Source of the DNA: Nitrosopumilus sp.
GTDB lineage: Archaea; Thermoproteota; Nitrososphaeria; Nitrososphaerales; Nitrosopumilaceae
Direction of reading: 5' to 3'
Length of the DNA: 64,000 bases
Assembly (NCBI GenBank): GCA_965238275.1
Contig: OZ250186.1
Span: forward strand, 1,760,001-1,824,000
The position numbers were made by a program, and so were the translations under genes. Each line of letters starts with the position of its first letter. Position 1 is the stretch's first letter. The notes beneath the pieces were generated by a model that was given only the letters and a program-made list of their open reading frames with translations, did not search any database and was not told the DNA's origin. This document shows positions 1-10,851 of this stretch, piece by piece.

Positions 1-333
1 GTGGATTCTGCACGGGACTATCTGCATGACGTGAAGAACCACAAGAGGGCAGTCGCGTTTGGAAGATTCAAGAACCAGGTGGGCCACAGGTCGGATCCGG
101 GGATGATGTCCGGACGGTATCCTGAAAAGGCGGCAGGCGAGATCCTTCTGCTGCTTGACAATTTGGAGGCAAACGCCGAGTACAGGGGGATGGACCTTGA
201 CAGGCTCAAGATAATAAACGCAACTGCCCACAAGGGCGTAACCGTAAAGAGGTTCATACAAAGGGCCATGGGACGGGCAACGCCAAAAAACAACGTAATG
301 ACCCACGTGGAACTGGTGGCGCAGGAGGTATAG
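1..333 (+). CDS. rpl22: 50S ribosomal protein L22 (5' truncated by window)
   Basis: GRYPEKAA and RAMGRATPK motifs; first gene of the r-protein operon here. Confidence 0.95.
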   Translation: MDSARDYLHDVKNHKRAVAFGRFKNQVGHRSDPGMMSGRYPEKAAGEILLLLDNLEANAEYRGMDLDRLKIINATAHKGVTVKRFIQRAMGRATPKNNVMTHVELVAQEV

Positions 334-337
334 GGGG

Positions 338-1087
338 ATGTCGGCAATCAAGAATGTGATACGGGACAACTACAACATGATGCTGCTCCGGGGGTATCTC
401 AGGGATGCAATCAAGGATGCAGGATTCTCGCATGCGGAGATATCAAAGACCCCCATGGGAACCCGCGTCACGCTGCATGTGACAAGGCCTGGAATAGTCA
501 TAGGCAGAAAGGGATCCGGAATCAGGGATCTTACAGAGAAGCTTGGAAAGGACTTTGGGCTGAAGAATCCGCAGATATCGGTAATCGAGATTGAAAAGCC
601 GGAACTCTCCCCTAGCGTGATGTGCAACAGGATGGCCTCGCACCTTGAGCGCGGGACCGCATTCAGGAGGGCCACCATGTGGACACTCAAGCAGATAATG
701 GAGAGCGGCGCGATGGGCGTGCAGATAACCATATCCGGAAAGCTCCGCGGGGACCGCTCCGCATTTGAAAAGCACACTGCAGGCGTCCTGCCAAGGGCCG
801 GCCACCACGCAGAGGTCATAGTCGACGAGGACATAGCACATGTGGGCACGGCAATGGGGCTTATCGGCATCAGGATAAGGATAGCCCGAAAGGAGAAGCT
901 GATACCGGAGTTTGAGATGAGACCGGACAGGGACGCAAAGCAGGTCATGGACAAGGACACCGGAAAGATGCGTGATGAGACGGCGGCAGAAAAGAAGGCA
1001 AGGACCGAATCAGAGCAGATTGCGCTGGAGGCAGAAAAGAAGAAGGAGACCGAGACGCACGAGGAAGAGGAGGCAAAGCTAAAGTGA
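338..1087 (+). CDS. rps3: 30S ribosomal protein S3
   Basis: KH motif [20 protein letters not shown]; operon order. Confidence 0.97.
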   Translation: MSAIKNVIRDNYNMMLLRGYLRDAIKDAGFSHAEISKTPMGTRVTLHVTRPGIVIGRKGSGIRDLTEKLGKDFGLKNPQISVIEIEKPELSPSVMCNRMASHLERGTAFRRATMWTLKQIMESGAMGVQITISGKLRGDRSAFEKHTAGVLPRAGHHAEVIVDEDIAHVGTAMGLIGIRIRIARKEKLIPEFEMRPDRDAKQVMDKDTGKMRDETAAEKKARTESEQIALEAEKKKETETHEEEEAKLK

Positions 1088-1284
1088 CCAGAATCAGCAT
1101 GAAGACCGTACGACAGCTAAACGAAAAGGATCTCAATTCCAAGATTCAGGAGGCCCGGGGGGAGCTTGCAAAGCTCAGGACAGAGTCTGCAAAGGGCACA
1201 TTGAGAAAGAAGAGCGGAAAGATAAAGCCCATGAGGAGGGACATTGCAAGGATGCTGACACAAAAGAACGGGATGAAGCAATGA
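1084..1284 (+). CDS. rpl29: 50S ribosomal protein L29
   Basis: RRDIARMLT motif; follows rps3. Confidence 0.92.
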   Translation: MTRISMKTVRQLNEKDLNSKIQEARGELAKLRTESAKGTLRKKSGKIKPMRRDIARMLTQKNGMKQ

Positions 1285-1547
1285 TCACGCCGGATAACGT
1301 AATGTCACACGAACTGATCGGCCTTGATGTGACGGTAACAGGGTCTGCAAACAGGCAACTCATAGGATTAAATGGAAGGGTAGTCTACGAAACAAAGTCA
1401 ATGCTTGAGATAATGACCGGCGACCGGACCAAATCAATACCAAAGGGGCTGTGCACCCTCGGGTTTGCCCTGGGCGGCCGGCGCGTTAGTGTTGACGGTG
1501 CGCGAATCTCCAAGAGGCCGTACGATAGGATAGGGGCCAAATTATGA
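1281..1547 (+). CDS. rnp1: Ribonuclease P protein subunit p29 (Rpp29/Pop4)
   Basis: HELIGL...GRVVYETKSML motif; conserved position between rpl29 and rps17. Confidence 0.9.
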   Translation: MITPDNVMSHELIGLDVTVTGSANRQLIGLNGRVVYETKSMLEIMTGDRTKSIPKGLCTLGFALGGRRVSVDGARISKRPYDRIGAKL

Positions 1548-1867
1548 CGCGCAGCATAGGGATTAGCGTGGATGCACCAAAGAGGGAGTGCAGCGATGTC
1601 CACTGTCCGTTCCATGGAAGCCTGGCAGTACGCGGCAAGCTGTTTGATGGCAAGGTGACAGGCGACAAGGCCAGGCAGACCATCACGCTGCAAAAGGACG
1701 CCCCGATATACTTTAGCAAGTTCAAGAGGTATGCACGCGGCAAGAGCACCATTCATGCGCACGTGCCCGGATGCATCGATGTGGAGTCAGGCGACAGAGT
1801 CCTTACCGCAGAGTGCAGGCCGATATCAAAGTCAGTATCATACGTGGTAGTGGAGGTAAGGAAGTAA
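1544..1867 (+). CDS. rps17: 30S ribosomal protein S17
   Basis: CPFHGSLAVRG, ECRPISKS motifs. Confidence 0.95.
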   Translation: MTRSIGISVDAPKRECSDVHCPFHGSLAVRGKLFDGKVTGDKARQTITLQKDAPIYFSKFKRYARGKSTIHAHVPGCIDVESGDRVLTAECRPISKSVSYVVVEVRK

Positions 1868-2289
1868 TGGCAAAACAGGCAGGCAAGGGCGTAGAGGAGT
1901 TCAGGCCGTACGTTACCAGGTCCATACCAATAGGCGCACGAATAGTGTGTGCAGACAACTCGGGGGCCAAGATTCTGGAGGTTATCAACGTTCCAAGGCA
2001 CAAGACAAGGGTGTCCAGGCTTCCGGCTGCAGCAGTCGGCGACTTTTGCAACGTGGTGGTAAAGAAGGGTCCTGCCGAGCTCAGAAAACAGGTGTACGGG
2101 GCGGTGATAGTCAGGCAAAAGTACGCCGTAAGAAGGCTTAACGGCGTAAGGGTATGTTTTGAGGATAATGCAGCAGTACTGATTACCCCCGAGGGAGAGA
2201 CCAAGGGGACTGACATCAAGGGACCGGTGGCCGCAGAGGCCTCGGAGAAATGGCCAAGGGTGGCAAACTTGGCATCGATGGTGGTATGA
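1867..2289 (+). CDS. rpl14: 50S ribosomal protein L14
   Basis: ADNSGAK and FEDNAAV motifs; ATG at 1867 overlaps the rps17 stop (ORF-track start at 1771 is spurious). Confidence 0.96.
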   Translation: MAKQAGKGVEEFRPYVTRSIPIGARIVCADNSGAKILEVINVPRHKTRVSRLPAAAVGDFCNVVVKKGPAELRKQVYGAVIVRQKYAVRRLNGVRVCFEDNAAVLITPEGETKGTDIKGPVAAEASEKWPRVANLASMVV

Positions 2290-2290
2290 G

Positions 2291-3109
2291 ATGAAGCCGA
2301 CAAAGATGCGCAACAGACTCATTTACAAAGCATCACACGTGGTGCAGAGCAGCCAGCTTGGCTCCACACTGTCTGACGATCTTCGCAAGAGGTACGGCAA
2401 GAGGAGCGTCAGGGTGACCAAGGGGGACCACGTCTCCATACAGAGGGGCGAGTACAAGGGCGTTGACGGCAAGGTGACAGTGGTGCTTCCGGACAAGCAG
2501 TACGTTGCCATCGAGGGCATAAAGAAGGAAAAGACAAAGGGGGACAAGTTTGATGTTCATATTCACACCTCGAATCTCATGGTGACATCGCTAAACACGG
2601 ACGACAAGTGGAGGATGAAGGTGTTGCACAGGGGTCAGGACGAGTCATCGGTCAAGAAGGATGAGGGTACTGTACCCGAATCCGACAATGTGACAGATGT
2701 TCCGACAAAGGCTGCAAAACCAGAGGTTGCAAAGCCAGCAAAGCCAGCAAAGCCAGAAGAGGCCGTAACGGTACCACCACCTGCAGAGGCTGCAAAACCA
2801 AAGGTTGCAAAGCCAGCAAAGCCAGCAAAGCCAGAAGAGGCCGTAACGGTACCACCACCTGCAGAGGCTGCAAAACCAAAGGTTGCAAAGCCAGCAAAGC
2901 CAGCAAAGCCAGAAGAGGCCGTAACGGTACCACCACCTGCAGAGGCTGCAAAGCCAGAAGAGGCCGTAACGGTACCACCACCTGCAGAGGCTGCAAAACC
3001 AAAGGTTGCAAAGCCAGCAAAGCCAGAAGAGGCCGTAACGGTACCACCTACAGAGGAGTCAGGCAAGGATGCAGAGGCACCCAAGGAAAAGGAGGATGTT
3101 AAGGAGTAA
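2291..3109 (+). CDS. rpl24: 50S ribosomal protein L24 with long Pro/Ala/Lys/Glu repeat C-terminal extension
   Basis: KOW motif [20 protein letters not shown]; followed by ~150 aa low-complexity tail. Confidence 0.93.
   Translation: MKPTKMRNRLIYKASHVVQSSQLGSTLSDDLRKRYGKRSVRVTKGDHVSIQRGEYKGVDGKVTVVLPDKQYVAIEGIKKEKTKGDKFDVHIHTSNLMVTSLNTDDKWRMKVLHRGQDESSVKKDEGTVPESDNVTDVPTKAAKPEVAKPAKPAKPEEAVTVPPPAEAAKPKVAKPAKPAKPEEAVTVPPPAEAAKPKVAKPAKPAKPEEAVTVPPPAEAAKPEEAVTVPPPAEAAKPKVAKPAKPEEAVTVPPTEESGKDAEAPKEKEDVKE
2710..3050 (+). repeat. Coding tandem repeat (78-bp units with nested 9-bp GCAAAGCCA units) in rpl24 tail
   Basis: Five near-identical copies of GAAGAGGCCGTAACGGTACCACC (EEAVTVPP). Confidence 0.95.
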
Positions 3110-3825
3110 TGGTAAGCATATCAGGCAGCAAGAAGCTCAAGCGCCAGATGGCTCCGCAGTTCTGGGGCATTGAAAGAAAGAACAAGAGGTTTGTAATTAC
3201 TGTCAGGCCCGGCTCGCACGGCAAGAATCACTCCGTTCCCACCGCAGTGTTTCTCAGGGATGTCCTGAAGATCGTAACAAACCTGAGGGAGGCAAAGGCT
3301 GCAATATACTCAGGCAAGGTCAAAGTCGACGGCGTGGTAAGAAAGTCACTCCATCATTCCATCGGCCTGATGGACGTGGTGGAACTGGAGAACGTCCCAC
3401 AGATATACCGCATGGTTCCAACCGAAGGAAAGCTGCTAAGGCCAGTGGAGATAAGCGATTCAGAAAAGACAAAGAAACTCGTACATGTGACCAGCAAGAC
3501 CACCATTAACGGCGGAAGAACACAGATCGGATTCCATGACGGACGTAGCGTGATATCCGATGTCAAGATGAACGTCGGGGATACGTGCCTGATGCGGGTA
3601 CCGGATCAGAAGATTCTCAAGGTTATACACCTGAAGGCAGGCTGCCAGGTGCTGGTGACGCGCGGGATAAACTCCGGACAGACAGGCAGGGTGGAGAGTG
3701 TCGAGGCAGGAACGTTCATCCTTCCAAAGAGGGTTACGCTTGCACTCCAGGACAGAAAGATAGAGATTCCTGCAGAGATTATAATGCCAGTCGGAACAAA
3801 GGAGCCCGTAATTCAGATAAAGTGA
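3109..3825 (+). CDS. rps4e: 30S ribosomal protein S4e
   Basis: LKRQMAPQFW, VKVDGVVRK, GFHDGRS motifs. Confidence 0.96.
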   Translation: MVSISGSKKLKRQMAPQFWGIERKNKRFVITVRPGSHGKNHSVPTAVFLRDVLKIVTNLREAKAAIYSGKVKVDGVVRKSLHHSIGLMDVVELENVPQIYRMVPTEGKLLRPVEISDSEKTKKLVHVTSKTTINGGRTQIGFHDGRSVISDVKMNVGDTCLMRVPDQKILKVIHLKAGCQVLVTRGINSGQTGRVESVEAGTFILPKRVTLALQDRKIEIPAEIIMPVGTKEPVIQIK

Positions 3826-3829
3826 TCAC

Positions 3830-4351
3830 ATGTCCCAGCAAACAGAGTCCGTAATGAAAAAGATATACCTTGAAAAGGTGGTGCTCAACATGGGCGTTGG
3901 GCGCTCCGGGGATGCCATTACCGCTGCCCAGAAGGCACTTGACCAGATATCAGGCAAAAAGTCATGCGTGCGCAACGCAAAGGAGGCCCAGAGGGACTGG
4001 GGGGTAAGAAAGGGCGAGCCCATAGGCGCATCAGTCACCGTCCGCGGGGATGATGCGCGTGCCCTTGTGGTCAGGCTCATGGAGGCAAAGGGAAATGTCG
4101 TTAACGGCCGTTCCTTTGATGACTTTGGCAACTACTCGTTTGGAATACACGAACACATCGACATTCCAGGGGTAAAGTACGAGCCGCAGATAGGCATACT
4201 GGGACTTGGGGTGTCTGTTGCGCTGGCAAGGCCAGGATACAGCATCAGGAAGAGGAGCAAGCACAAGGCAAGCGTTGGCAAGACGCACGCAATATCTGCC
4301 CAAGAGGCAAAAGATTATCTAGTCAGAGAGTTTGGAGTGACAGTGGAATAA
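3830..4351 (+). CDS. rpl5: 50S ribosomal protein L5
   Basis: EKVVLNMGVG, SFGIHEHIDIPG. Confidence 0.96.
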   Translation: MSQQTESVMKKIYLEKVVLNMGVGRSGDAITAAQKALDQISGKKSCVRNAKEAQRDWGVRKGEPIGASVTVRGDDARALVVRLMEAKGNVVNGRSFDDFGNYSFGIHEHIDIPGVKYEPQIGILGLGVSVALARPGYSIRKRSKHKASVGKTHAISAQEAKDYLVREFGVTVE

Positions 4352-4530
4352 TGGCAAAAGACAGATCATACGAATTTACGGGAAGAAAAAAGCACGAGTT
4401 TGGAAGGGGTTCGCGATGGTGCAAGAGATGCGGCGACTATACTGCCGTTATTCAAAAGTATGATCTGATGCTGTGCAGACGGTGCTTTAGGGAGGTTGCT
4501 GTGTCCCTGGGATTCAGGAAGAACAGGTGA
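4351..4530 (+). CDS. rps14: 30S ribosomal protein S14 (zinc-binding, 59 aa; missing from ORF track)
   Basis: Manual translation MAKDRSYEFTGRKKHEFGRGSRWCKRCG...LCRRCFREVA. Confidence 0.95.
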   Translation: MAKDRSYEFTGRKKHEFGRGSRWCKRCGDYTAVIQKYDLMLCRRCFREVAVSLGFRKNR

Positions 4531-4536
4531 GTATGG

Positions 4537-4929
4537 ATGCCGGCAAAGAATATCTTGGCAAACCTGTTTGTCACGCTGTACAACAACGAGACCCGAAGAA
4601 AGAGGGAGTGCACCATACTGCCCACCTCGAAACTCGGCGTCGAGGTGCTAAGGACGCTCCAAAAGGACGGATACATCGGTGAGTTTAAACACGTTGAGGA
4701 CATGAGGGGCGGAAAGTTCAAGATAAAGCTGCTGGCAAAGATTACAAAATGCGGCTCCATATCGCCACGCTTCAAGGTCAAAAACGACGAGTTTAACGGC
4801 TGGGAGCAGCAGTACCTGCCGGCATACAACAGGGGGATGCTGCTGGTTACGACCAACCAGGGAGTGATGTCGCACCACGAGGCCGTGCAGAAGGGAATAG
4901 GAGGGTTTCTGATAGGATATGTCTACTAG
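4537..4929 (+). CDS. rps8: 30S ribosomal protein S8
   Basis: GYIGEF, TTNQGVMSH...GIGG. Confidence 0.96.
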   Translation: MPAKNILANLFVTLYNNETRRKRECTILPTSKLGVEVLRTLQKDGYIGEFKHVEDMRGGKFKIKLLAKITKCGSISPRFKVKNDEFNGWEQQYLPAYNRGMLLVTTNQGVMSHHEAVQKGIGGFLIGYVY

Positions 4930-5473
4930 GCAGGCCGAAAAGTTCCAAGACGAGGTGGCCATACCCGAAGGGGTTCGCGTCACGCTAAACAGGCACATGC
5001 TGGGATTTGAAGGACCCCTTGGAAAGACATTCAAGAGCTTTCGCAGCATTCCAGTCGCCATCGAGGTTACGCCCGAAAAGATCCTTCTCAAGGCCACCGG
5101 GTTCAGAAAGAGGGACTATGCCATACTGCACACGGCAAGATCAATAATCAAAAACATATGCGAGGGGCTTGTCACGGGGTATACTGTCCGGATGAAGGTT
5201 GTCTTTGCGCACTTTCCGGTAACCGTGAAGGTGAACGGCAGGCAGGTAATTATTGAGAATTTTCAGGGAGAGAGGGCGCCAAGGGTCACGCGCATAGTCG
5301 GGGACACAAAGGTCGTTCCCAAGGGGGACGATGTGGTGCTGACAGGGCATGTCTGGACAGACGTGACGCAGACTGCTGCAAACATCGAACTGAAGACCAG
5401 GGTCAAGAACAAGGATCACAGGGTCTTTCTTGACGGCATATACGTGTACGAAAAGAAAAAGGGCCTAGACTGA
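4919..5473 (+). CDS. rpl6: 50S ribosomal protein L6
   Basis: AHFPV, KDHRVFLDGIY. Confidence 0.96.
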   Translation: MSTRQAEKFQDEVAIPEGVRVTLNRHMLGFEGPLGKTFKSFRSIPVAIEVTPEKILLKATGFRKRDYAILHTARSIIKNICEGLVTGYTVRMKVVFAHFPVTVKVNGRQVIIENFQGERAPRVTRIVGDTKVVPKGDDVVLTGHVWTDVTQTAANIELKTRVKNKDHRVFLDGIYVYEKKKGLD

Positions 5474-5480
5474 CTGACAG

Positions 5481-5768
5481 ATGGCACTTGATGCAGAATT
5501 TGCAAAACAGACCACCGAACTTATCCGCCAGACTCTGGAGCTGTACAAGAGTGCAGGCGCATCCCCGAGGGTCGGCGACATCTGGAAGTGTCAGAACGTG
5601 GGCGATTTTCTGTGCGGCTTTTTTGTAGGCGAGATGGTGGGTTCTGCGCTCAGCGCGTTTCAGATAGTCCACAAGAGGGAGCCCACTGCAGGCGAGCACA
5701 TGGAGATAGTGGGGCTGGTAGAGCAGCATGCAGGGGACATCCAGGCGTTCTTTGCCAGGTTCAACTAG
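5481..5768 (+). CDS. Conserved hypothetical protein
   Basis: Clean 95-aa ORF coupled to rpl6 with similar codon style. Confidence 0.8.
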   Translation: MALDAEFAKQTTELIRQTLELYKSAGASPRVGDIWKCQNVGDFLCGFFVGEMVGSALSAFQIVHKREPTAGEHMEIVGLVEQHAGDIQAFFARFN

Positions 5769-5822
5769 GTACGCACTCAAGTCGTAAGGATTAAATCACT
5801 TCTCAGATTCTGGAATGCTGTT

Positions 5823-5899
5823 GCCGCCCTAGCTCAGCGTGGTAGAGCATCCGACTGTTAATCGGACGGTCGTCAGTTCAAGTCTGATGGGCGGCGCCA
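5823..5899 (+). tRNA. tRNA-Asn(GTT), CCA encoded
   Basis: Acceptor GCCGCCC/GGGCGGC, anticodon arm CCGA-CTGTTAA-TCGG, GTTCAAGTC T-loop. Confidence 0.97.
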
Positions 5900-6047
5900 T
5901 TTTTGGTATGTGTGAGAACGGATTATTCCATGCGGGCATAAAAAAAGAGGTTTAGGTATTGAGGGCATGACGCGGGGACAGAAGGGGTATGGGAGAGGAC
6001 GGGGCATGCATAATAGATTTATTTAATATTAATTGGTAGACTTTCTG

Positions 6048-7371
6048 TTGAACCGCACCGTTTTGATTGCCATCGGGGTCGCCCTGATTATTGCAGGAGG
6101 ACTGACGGCCCTGCCCCCAGGACGACCAGACTGCAGACGTTACCACGGAGGAACCCCAAAATACCGACGGTGCCGTTGACTTTGAGGGTTCGGTATCGTT
6201 TAGCCTGCTTGAATCCAGTTACGATGAGAGGACCCTGTACGACAACCACACCAAGAGGTCATTCAATCTTGCCATAGAGGACTTTAACGCATATTTGTCC
6301 GAGAAGGATGTTACGTGGGACGCAGTCTCCAAGGTAGTACAGTTTGGCGAGAATCCGACAGAGGCGCTGGATGCGATATATGCCGAAGGCAATGTGCTTT
6401 TGGATGAGCCGGCAGCTGATTCGGGCGACGAGTCACAGCGTTATCCATTCCAGGCCTTTGTGGTGGGCCCCACCACCAGCAACCAGGTTGCAGACATCAT
6501 GGAATACGTCCAAGACCATGACATGCTGGTGATATCGCATTCAAGCACCGCCCCGTCGCTGGCAATACCGGACAGGATATTCAGGCTTGTCCCGGATGAC
6601 ACCGGGCAGGCCCGTGCCACGGCAGCGGTCATGAGCGATATGGGGGTACGGGTGGCGGTTCCAATATACATCGACAACATATGGGGCACGGAGCTGTACG
6701 GTGCAGTGTCGGACTCGTTTGGCGCAATCGGGGGCATGGTGGACGAGGGGGTCTCATACAGTCCGGACACGGATGACTTTTCAGAGCAGACAGGAATGCT
6801 GTCAGAGAAGATAGACGCGTATCTGGATTCAGGGTATGCCAGCGACCAGCTGGCGGTTCTTGCCATATCATACGGCGAGATAGTCCCGTTGCTGGAGGAT
6901 GCCGGTGCGCATGGGAACCTGGCATCAGTGGTGTGGTTCGGGTCAGACTCGTCTGCAAACACCAGCCCCATTACTGACAGCCCGGCGGCGCTGGAGTTTG
7001 CGCAGCAGGTAGGCCTCATCTCACCTTCGTATAGGATTCCGAACAATGAAAAGAGCATGCACGTGTACGATGTCCTGGTTGAGGAGACAGGGATCGCGCC
7101 CAACGGCCACGTGTATGCAGTGTATGATGCCGTCTGGATATACGGGCTTACCATAGAACGGGGCGGTACCCTGCAGGTGGACGTCCTCAAGGACATACTG
7201 CCCGAGGTGGCATCAGGGTACAGCGGCGCGCTGGGCTCGACTGAGCTGAATGATGCAGGAGACTTGGCAAGCGCCGATTACGAGCTGTTCTGGATTCATG
7301 ACGGGGAGTGGCAGACATATGGAGTATATGATGCCTCGGCAGACGAATTCACAAAAGATTCCAGTGGTTGA
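6048..7371 (+). CDS. Branched-chain amino acid ABC substrate-binding protein (LivK-like), with a frameshift after the N-terminal hydrophobic leader
   Basis: VVGPTTS, SSTAPSL, IFRLVPDD motifs; TTG at 6048 gives MNRTVLIAIGVALIIAGGL; removing one C from the C5 run at 6114-6118 joins it to the 6295-7371 frame. Confidence 0.8.
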
Positions 7372-7600
7372 TGCCTGCCGGTTTCATCCTTGTGGAGATT
7401 TGGCGTCAAGAACTGTCTGGTGCTGATGCCAAGGAATTATTCTGAAAACCCAAACACCTGTCAGTGTCTGCATATCCAAGTTCCACTCATGTACGAGTAT
7501 GGATGGTTTTGCAGACAGCCGTATCCGGTGCATCATGTTGCCATGCATGTACAGAATGGATTCCCTTTGATCATAGGTAACGGGCATGTCTGACAGTCAG

Positions 7601-9265
7601 TCAGTTGCGGTGGCTCGCCCTTTTGCAGACTGCACGGATTGCCAGGTATGGCCCTGTCACGTAGATGCCGGCAATGGCTCCTATTGAGAGCATGCCAAAG
7701 ACCAGTACCGAGACTTCAGAGCCCGGATCCGCAAGTGTCATGATGTTCATGGTGTACAGGCCAGGCGTGATTAATGCCAGTACGGCATCCCTGAATACGG
7801 GGTTCTCTCTTTCAAGGTCTGCAATTGCAGGCGAGAAGGAGTAGTAGACATGGTTGAATCCGGTCATGAATGATGCTCCGGATGCAGTGGGGAGCAGTGT
7901 GCTGTCCCTGATTTCACGGAGGAGCTGGACCTGTGGTGCAAGCTCGCTACCGTATGTGGCAGTAGCAATCAGGCATCCGCCTGTCTCATCAGATATAGGC
8001 GTAGCAGTATCATCATCCTTCATGGCATCATCATCATCCTTCATGGCATCATCATCATCCTTCATGGCATCCAAGGTTATTGAATCGGTGGCCGAAAAGT
8101 ACACGCCCCTCAGAACCCACTGATCATCCACTATGTGCCATATGTCATAGTCGGTCTGGGCAAGATCTCCTGCAGCGTTGAGTTTCGTGGAGCCGAGCGC
8201 TCCGATGTGCTCTTCTGCAATAAGTGGAATTTGGGCAGTAAGTGCATCAGCGTCCATGCCCTGCGTCTTCTCTATTGCAAGTCCGACCAGCCACACTGCG
8301 TCATAGGTGGAACTGGCATAACTGCTTGGCTCACGGCCAAGTACGTCCTTTACACCCTCGTTTACACGGTCGCTGAATTCATTCTTGCCTGATGCTACCT
8401 GAACTGTAGAGAATTCCGTACTGGTAACAAACTGTAACGCTATTGGGACCTCTAGGAGTTCAGGATCCCTGGAATGTGGATCCGCGCCAAACCACTGTAC
8501 ATGTGGGAGTATCTCATATTCTGCTGCAGACTGCATAAAAATTGCTATCTCACCAAATCCCATGAACAGTACGCCGACCTTGTCAGTGTCTGAGCGGTCT
8601 ACTGCTGACTGAACCTGATCTGCAACAAGGGACGCGGATACTGAGAATTTGTCAGTCTCTGGGTCGTATCCAAGACCGTCAGCCATTTCACCGCCAATAT
8701 CGGTAAATGCCGTCCTGGCCGACTTTGCAAGTTCAGAGCCCCATGCGTCTTCCCTCCATACCGGGACTGCAATCTCGATTCCCGCGTCTGCCATGAGTCG
8801 TGCAAGTGCAACCCCCTGGTTGGTGTCATCAGGGGATGTCCTGAATATGCGGTCGCCCTCGATTGCAAGGAGTGGTGACGTGGAACAGCAGCTGACTGCA
8901 ACCATGTCGCTGTTGTCAACATACCCTTTGATGTTTTGGAGGATGCCGGCAACCATCACATTGATGCCCTTTGCATGCAGCGCCCGGACCTTTTCCAGTG
9001 CCACTGCCGGCTGTGTCTGGGAATCCTCAATGATCATAACAAGGGACCAGTCTGCTCCCTTGTCTGCCAGATACCGGTTAAAGTCGGTTATTGCGAGTTT
9101 GGCTGCCTCGCGGTTCTCCTCTCCGTGGTTTGAGACACCGCCGCTGATTGGCTGAAGCAGGCCTATGCTGACTTCGCCGGACAGTTCAGCAGATGCAGAT
9201 TGAGAGAATGCGCCGATCCCCAGCACGCTGATCGCGACAACTGCGATAATCGTGTATGAATCCAT
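7601..9265 (-). CDS. LivK-like ABC substrate-binding protein with C-terminal CFI-box-CTERM-type anchor
   Basis: Signal peptide; CCSTSPLL/IFRTSPDD; DDDAMK repeat linker; GGCLIATATYGSELAPQVQLLREIRD then TM helix and basic tail. Confidence 0.88.
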   Translation of the reverse strand: MDSYTIIAVVAISVLGIGAFSQSASAELSGEVSIGLLQPISGGVSNHGEENREAAKLAITDFNRYLADKGADWSLVMIIEDSQTQPAVALEKVRALHAKGINVMVAGILQNIKGYVDNSDMVAVSCCSTSPLLAIEGDRIFRTSPDDTNQGVALARLMADAGIEIAVPVWREDAWGSELAKSARTAFTDIGGEMADGLGYDPETDKFSVSASLVADQVQSAVDRSDTDKVGVLFMGFGEIAIFMQSAAEYEILPHVQWFGADPHSRDPELLEVPIALQFVTSTEFSTVQVASGKNEFSDRVNEGVKDVLGREPSSYASSTYDAVWLVGLAIEKTQGMDADALTAQIPLIAEEHIGALGSTKLNAAGDLAQTDYDIWHIVDDQWVLRGVYFSATDSITLDAMKDDDDAMKDDDDAMKDDDTATPISDETGGCLIATATYGSELAPQVQLLREIRDSTLLPTASGASFMTGFNHVYYSFSPAIADLERENPVFRDAVLALITPGLYTMNIMTLADPGSEVSVLVFGMLSIGAIAGIYVTGPYLAIRAVCKRASHRN

Positions 9266-9324
9266 GATAAAGTTTCAAATATGCAGGCTAATAAGAATTT
9301 CATGGCATTCTGGGGGTATATTCT

Positions 9325-9570
9325 GTGTATGATGCGGTCTGGGTATACGGGCTTACCATAGAACGTGGCAATACCCTGCAGGTGGATGCCCTCAATGACA
9401 TACTGCCCGAGACGGCATCAGGGTACAGCGGTGCGCTGGGCCCGACTGATCTGAATGATGCAGGGATCTTGCAAGTGCCGATTACGAGCTGTTCTGGATT
9501 CAGGACGGGGAGTGGAAGACATACGGGGTTTATGATGCCTCGGCAGATGAATTCACAAAAGACTCCTGGA
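9325..9570 (+). pseudogene. Duplicated, frameshifted 3' fragment of the 6048-7371 binding-protein gene
   Basis: High DNA similarity to ~7121-7370 (VYDAVW.YGLTIERG...). Confidence 0.85.
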
Positions 9571-9620
9571 CATGATGCGGGTGTGCTTATCTGCTAACTT
9601 GCGAATGGACAGATTATCCA

Positions 9621-9920
9621 TCAGTGCTCCATCCATCCGAGCAGATCATCTTTTGTTCTGTTGAGTATCAACCCATATTTTTTTGAATTTTCAATTCTTT
9701 TCTTATGTGCTGTAGGATCAAGATAATGATAGGGAATTTTTTTTATTTTTTCGGAGATACTTCCTGAGATACTTTCTTCAATATCAAGAATTGAGAGCAG
9801 ATAGCCTAGCCGTTTCAAAACCGCATTCACTCCTATCTTCTCTGCCATTTCAATTACTGTTTGCCAGTTGACTTCCTTTCGCGCATTCCACATTGCCTTG
9901 GTTACCTCCGCCATCCCCCC
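9621..9920 (-). pseudogene. C-terminal fragment of a type IV TA AbiEi-like antitoxin
   Basis: GGMAEVTKA...AVLKRLGYLL...LDP...LILN pattern; AT-rich; no N-terminus. Confidence 0.6.
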
Positions 9921-9924
9921 ACTG

Positions 9925-10587
9925 GATTCCGATAGGGCCCGTGGACCTGCCAAGGCAGTTCAGCCATGCCATCATCGAGGGTATGGGGTCCGGCACGTCG
10001 TGGAACAGCCTGCGCAAGTCAGCAGAATTGAGCAGGTGGGCGACAACACAAGAGTACGCGCTGGCGCTAAAGGATCTGTCAGTTGCCGTCATGGTGTACA
10101 GGTATGACTACAAAAGAAAACGGCCCTGGATGGTAAAGGAGAAGAAGATATACTTTCACGATCCGTTTTATGTCCACATGTTTAGAAGCTGGGATGGCAT
10201 GACGGATCCGTTTGATTCTGCCGAAGACTATCTTTCAGGCAGCATACGGTGCAGCAGTATGGCAGAGGGGGCGGTTGCAAGTCATCTGGGCAGGCTGGCC
10301 TGGGACATTACAAAAAACAAGCACGAATTCAACAGCGCCAACAGCGTCTTTTTCTGGAAGGACGGGAAAACAGGGAGGTGGACTTTGTCATGTGTCCTGA
10401 GCGTGCCGTGGAGATTCCCATCGAGGTCAAGTATAGGGAAAGCATAGACCACAGGGAACTTGGAGGACTGGCAGGCTTTCTGTCAGAGACTGGTACCAAG
10501 AGCGGCATCGTGCTGTCCAAAACCCAGATGGAGGAGAGGCGCGACTATCTGGTCATGCCGGTTTCGGTATTTTTGATGCTGGCATGA
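9925..10587 (+). pseudogene. C-terminal fragment of AAA+ ATPase (DUF4143-type with PD-(D/E)xK tail), frameshifted
   Basis: KKIYFHDP, FFWKD, EVDFV...PIEVKYR split over two frames near 10367. Confidence 0.7.
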
Positions 10588-10851
10588 TGGTACTGGACCT
10601 GCCTGATACAGGATATACAGGGGGATGTGACCGGATACTGGCAGGGCATCCGGGGTGTTCCACATACGGGGAGGGGCGGCGGCGTTGCCAAATCGCAGAT
10701 TCGGATATAAATTGCGGCAGTTTGGCAACAAATCTTCCCAGCTGCGCGCATCCTGCACGATTCGGATCGAATGCCGTGGGACGGCACCAGTCTGGCCATT
10801 CGGCGTGGCGGCCATTGTCCCGGTATGAACCAGGCGGGCCTGGCTTTTGTG

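Noticed and set aside
5473-5768. Break of the r-protein operon after rpl6 as a novel rearrangement
   Set aside because: Likely a lineage-wide arrangement; novelty cannot be supported without comparison.
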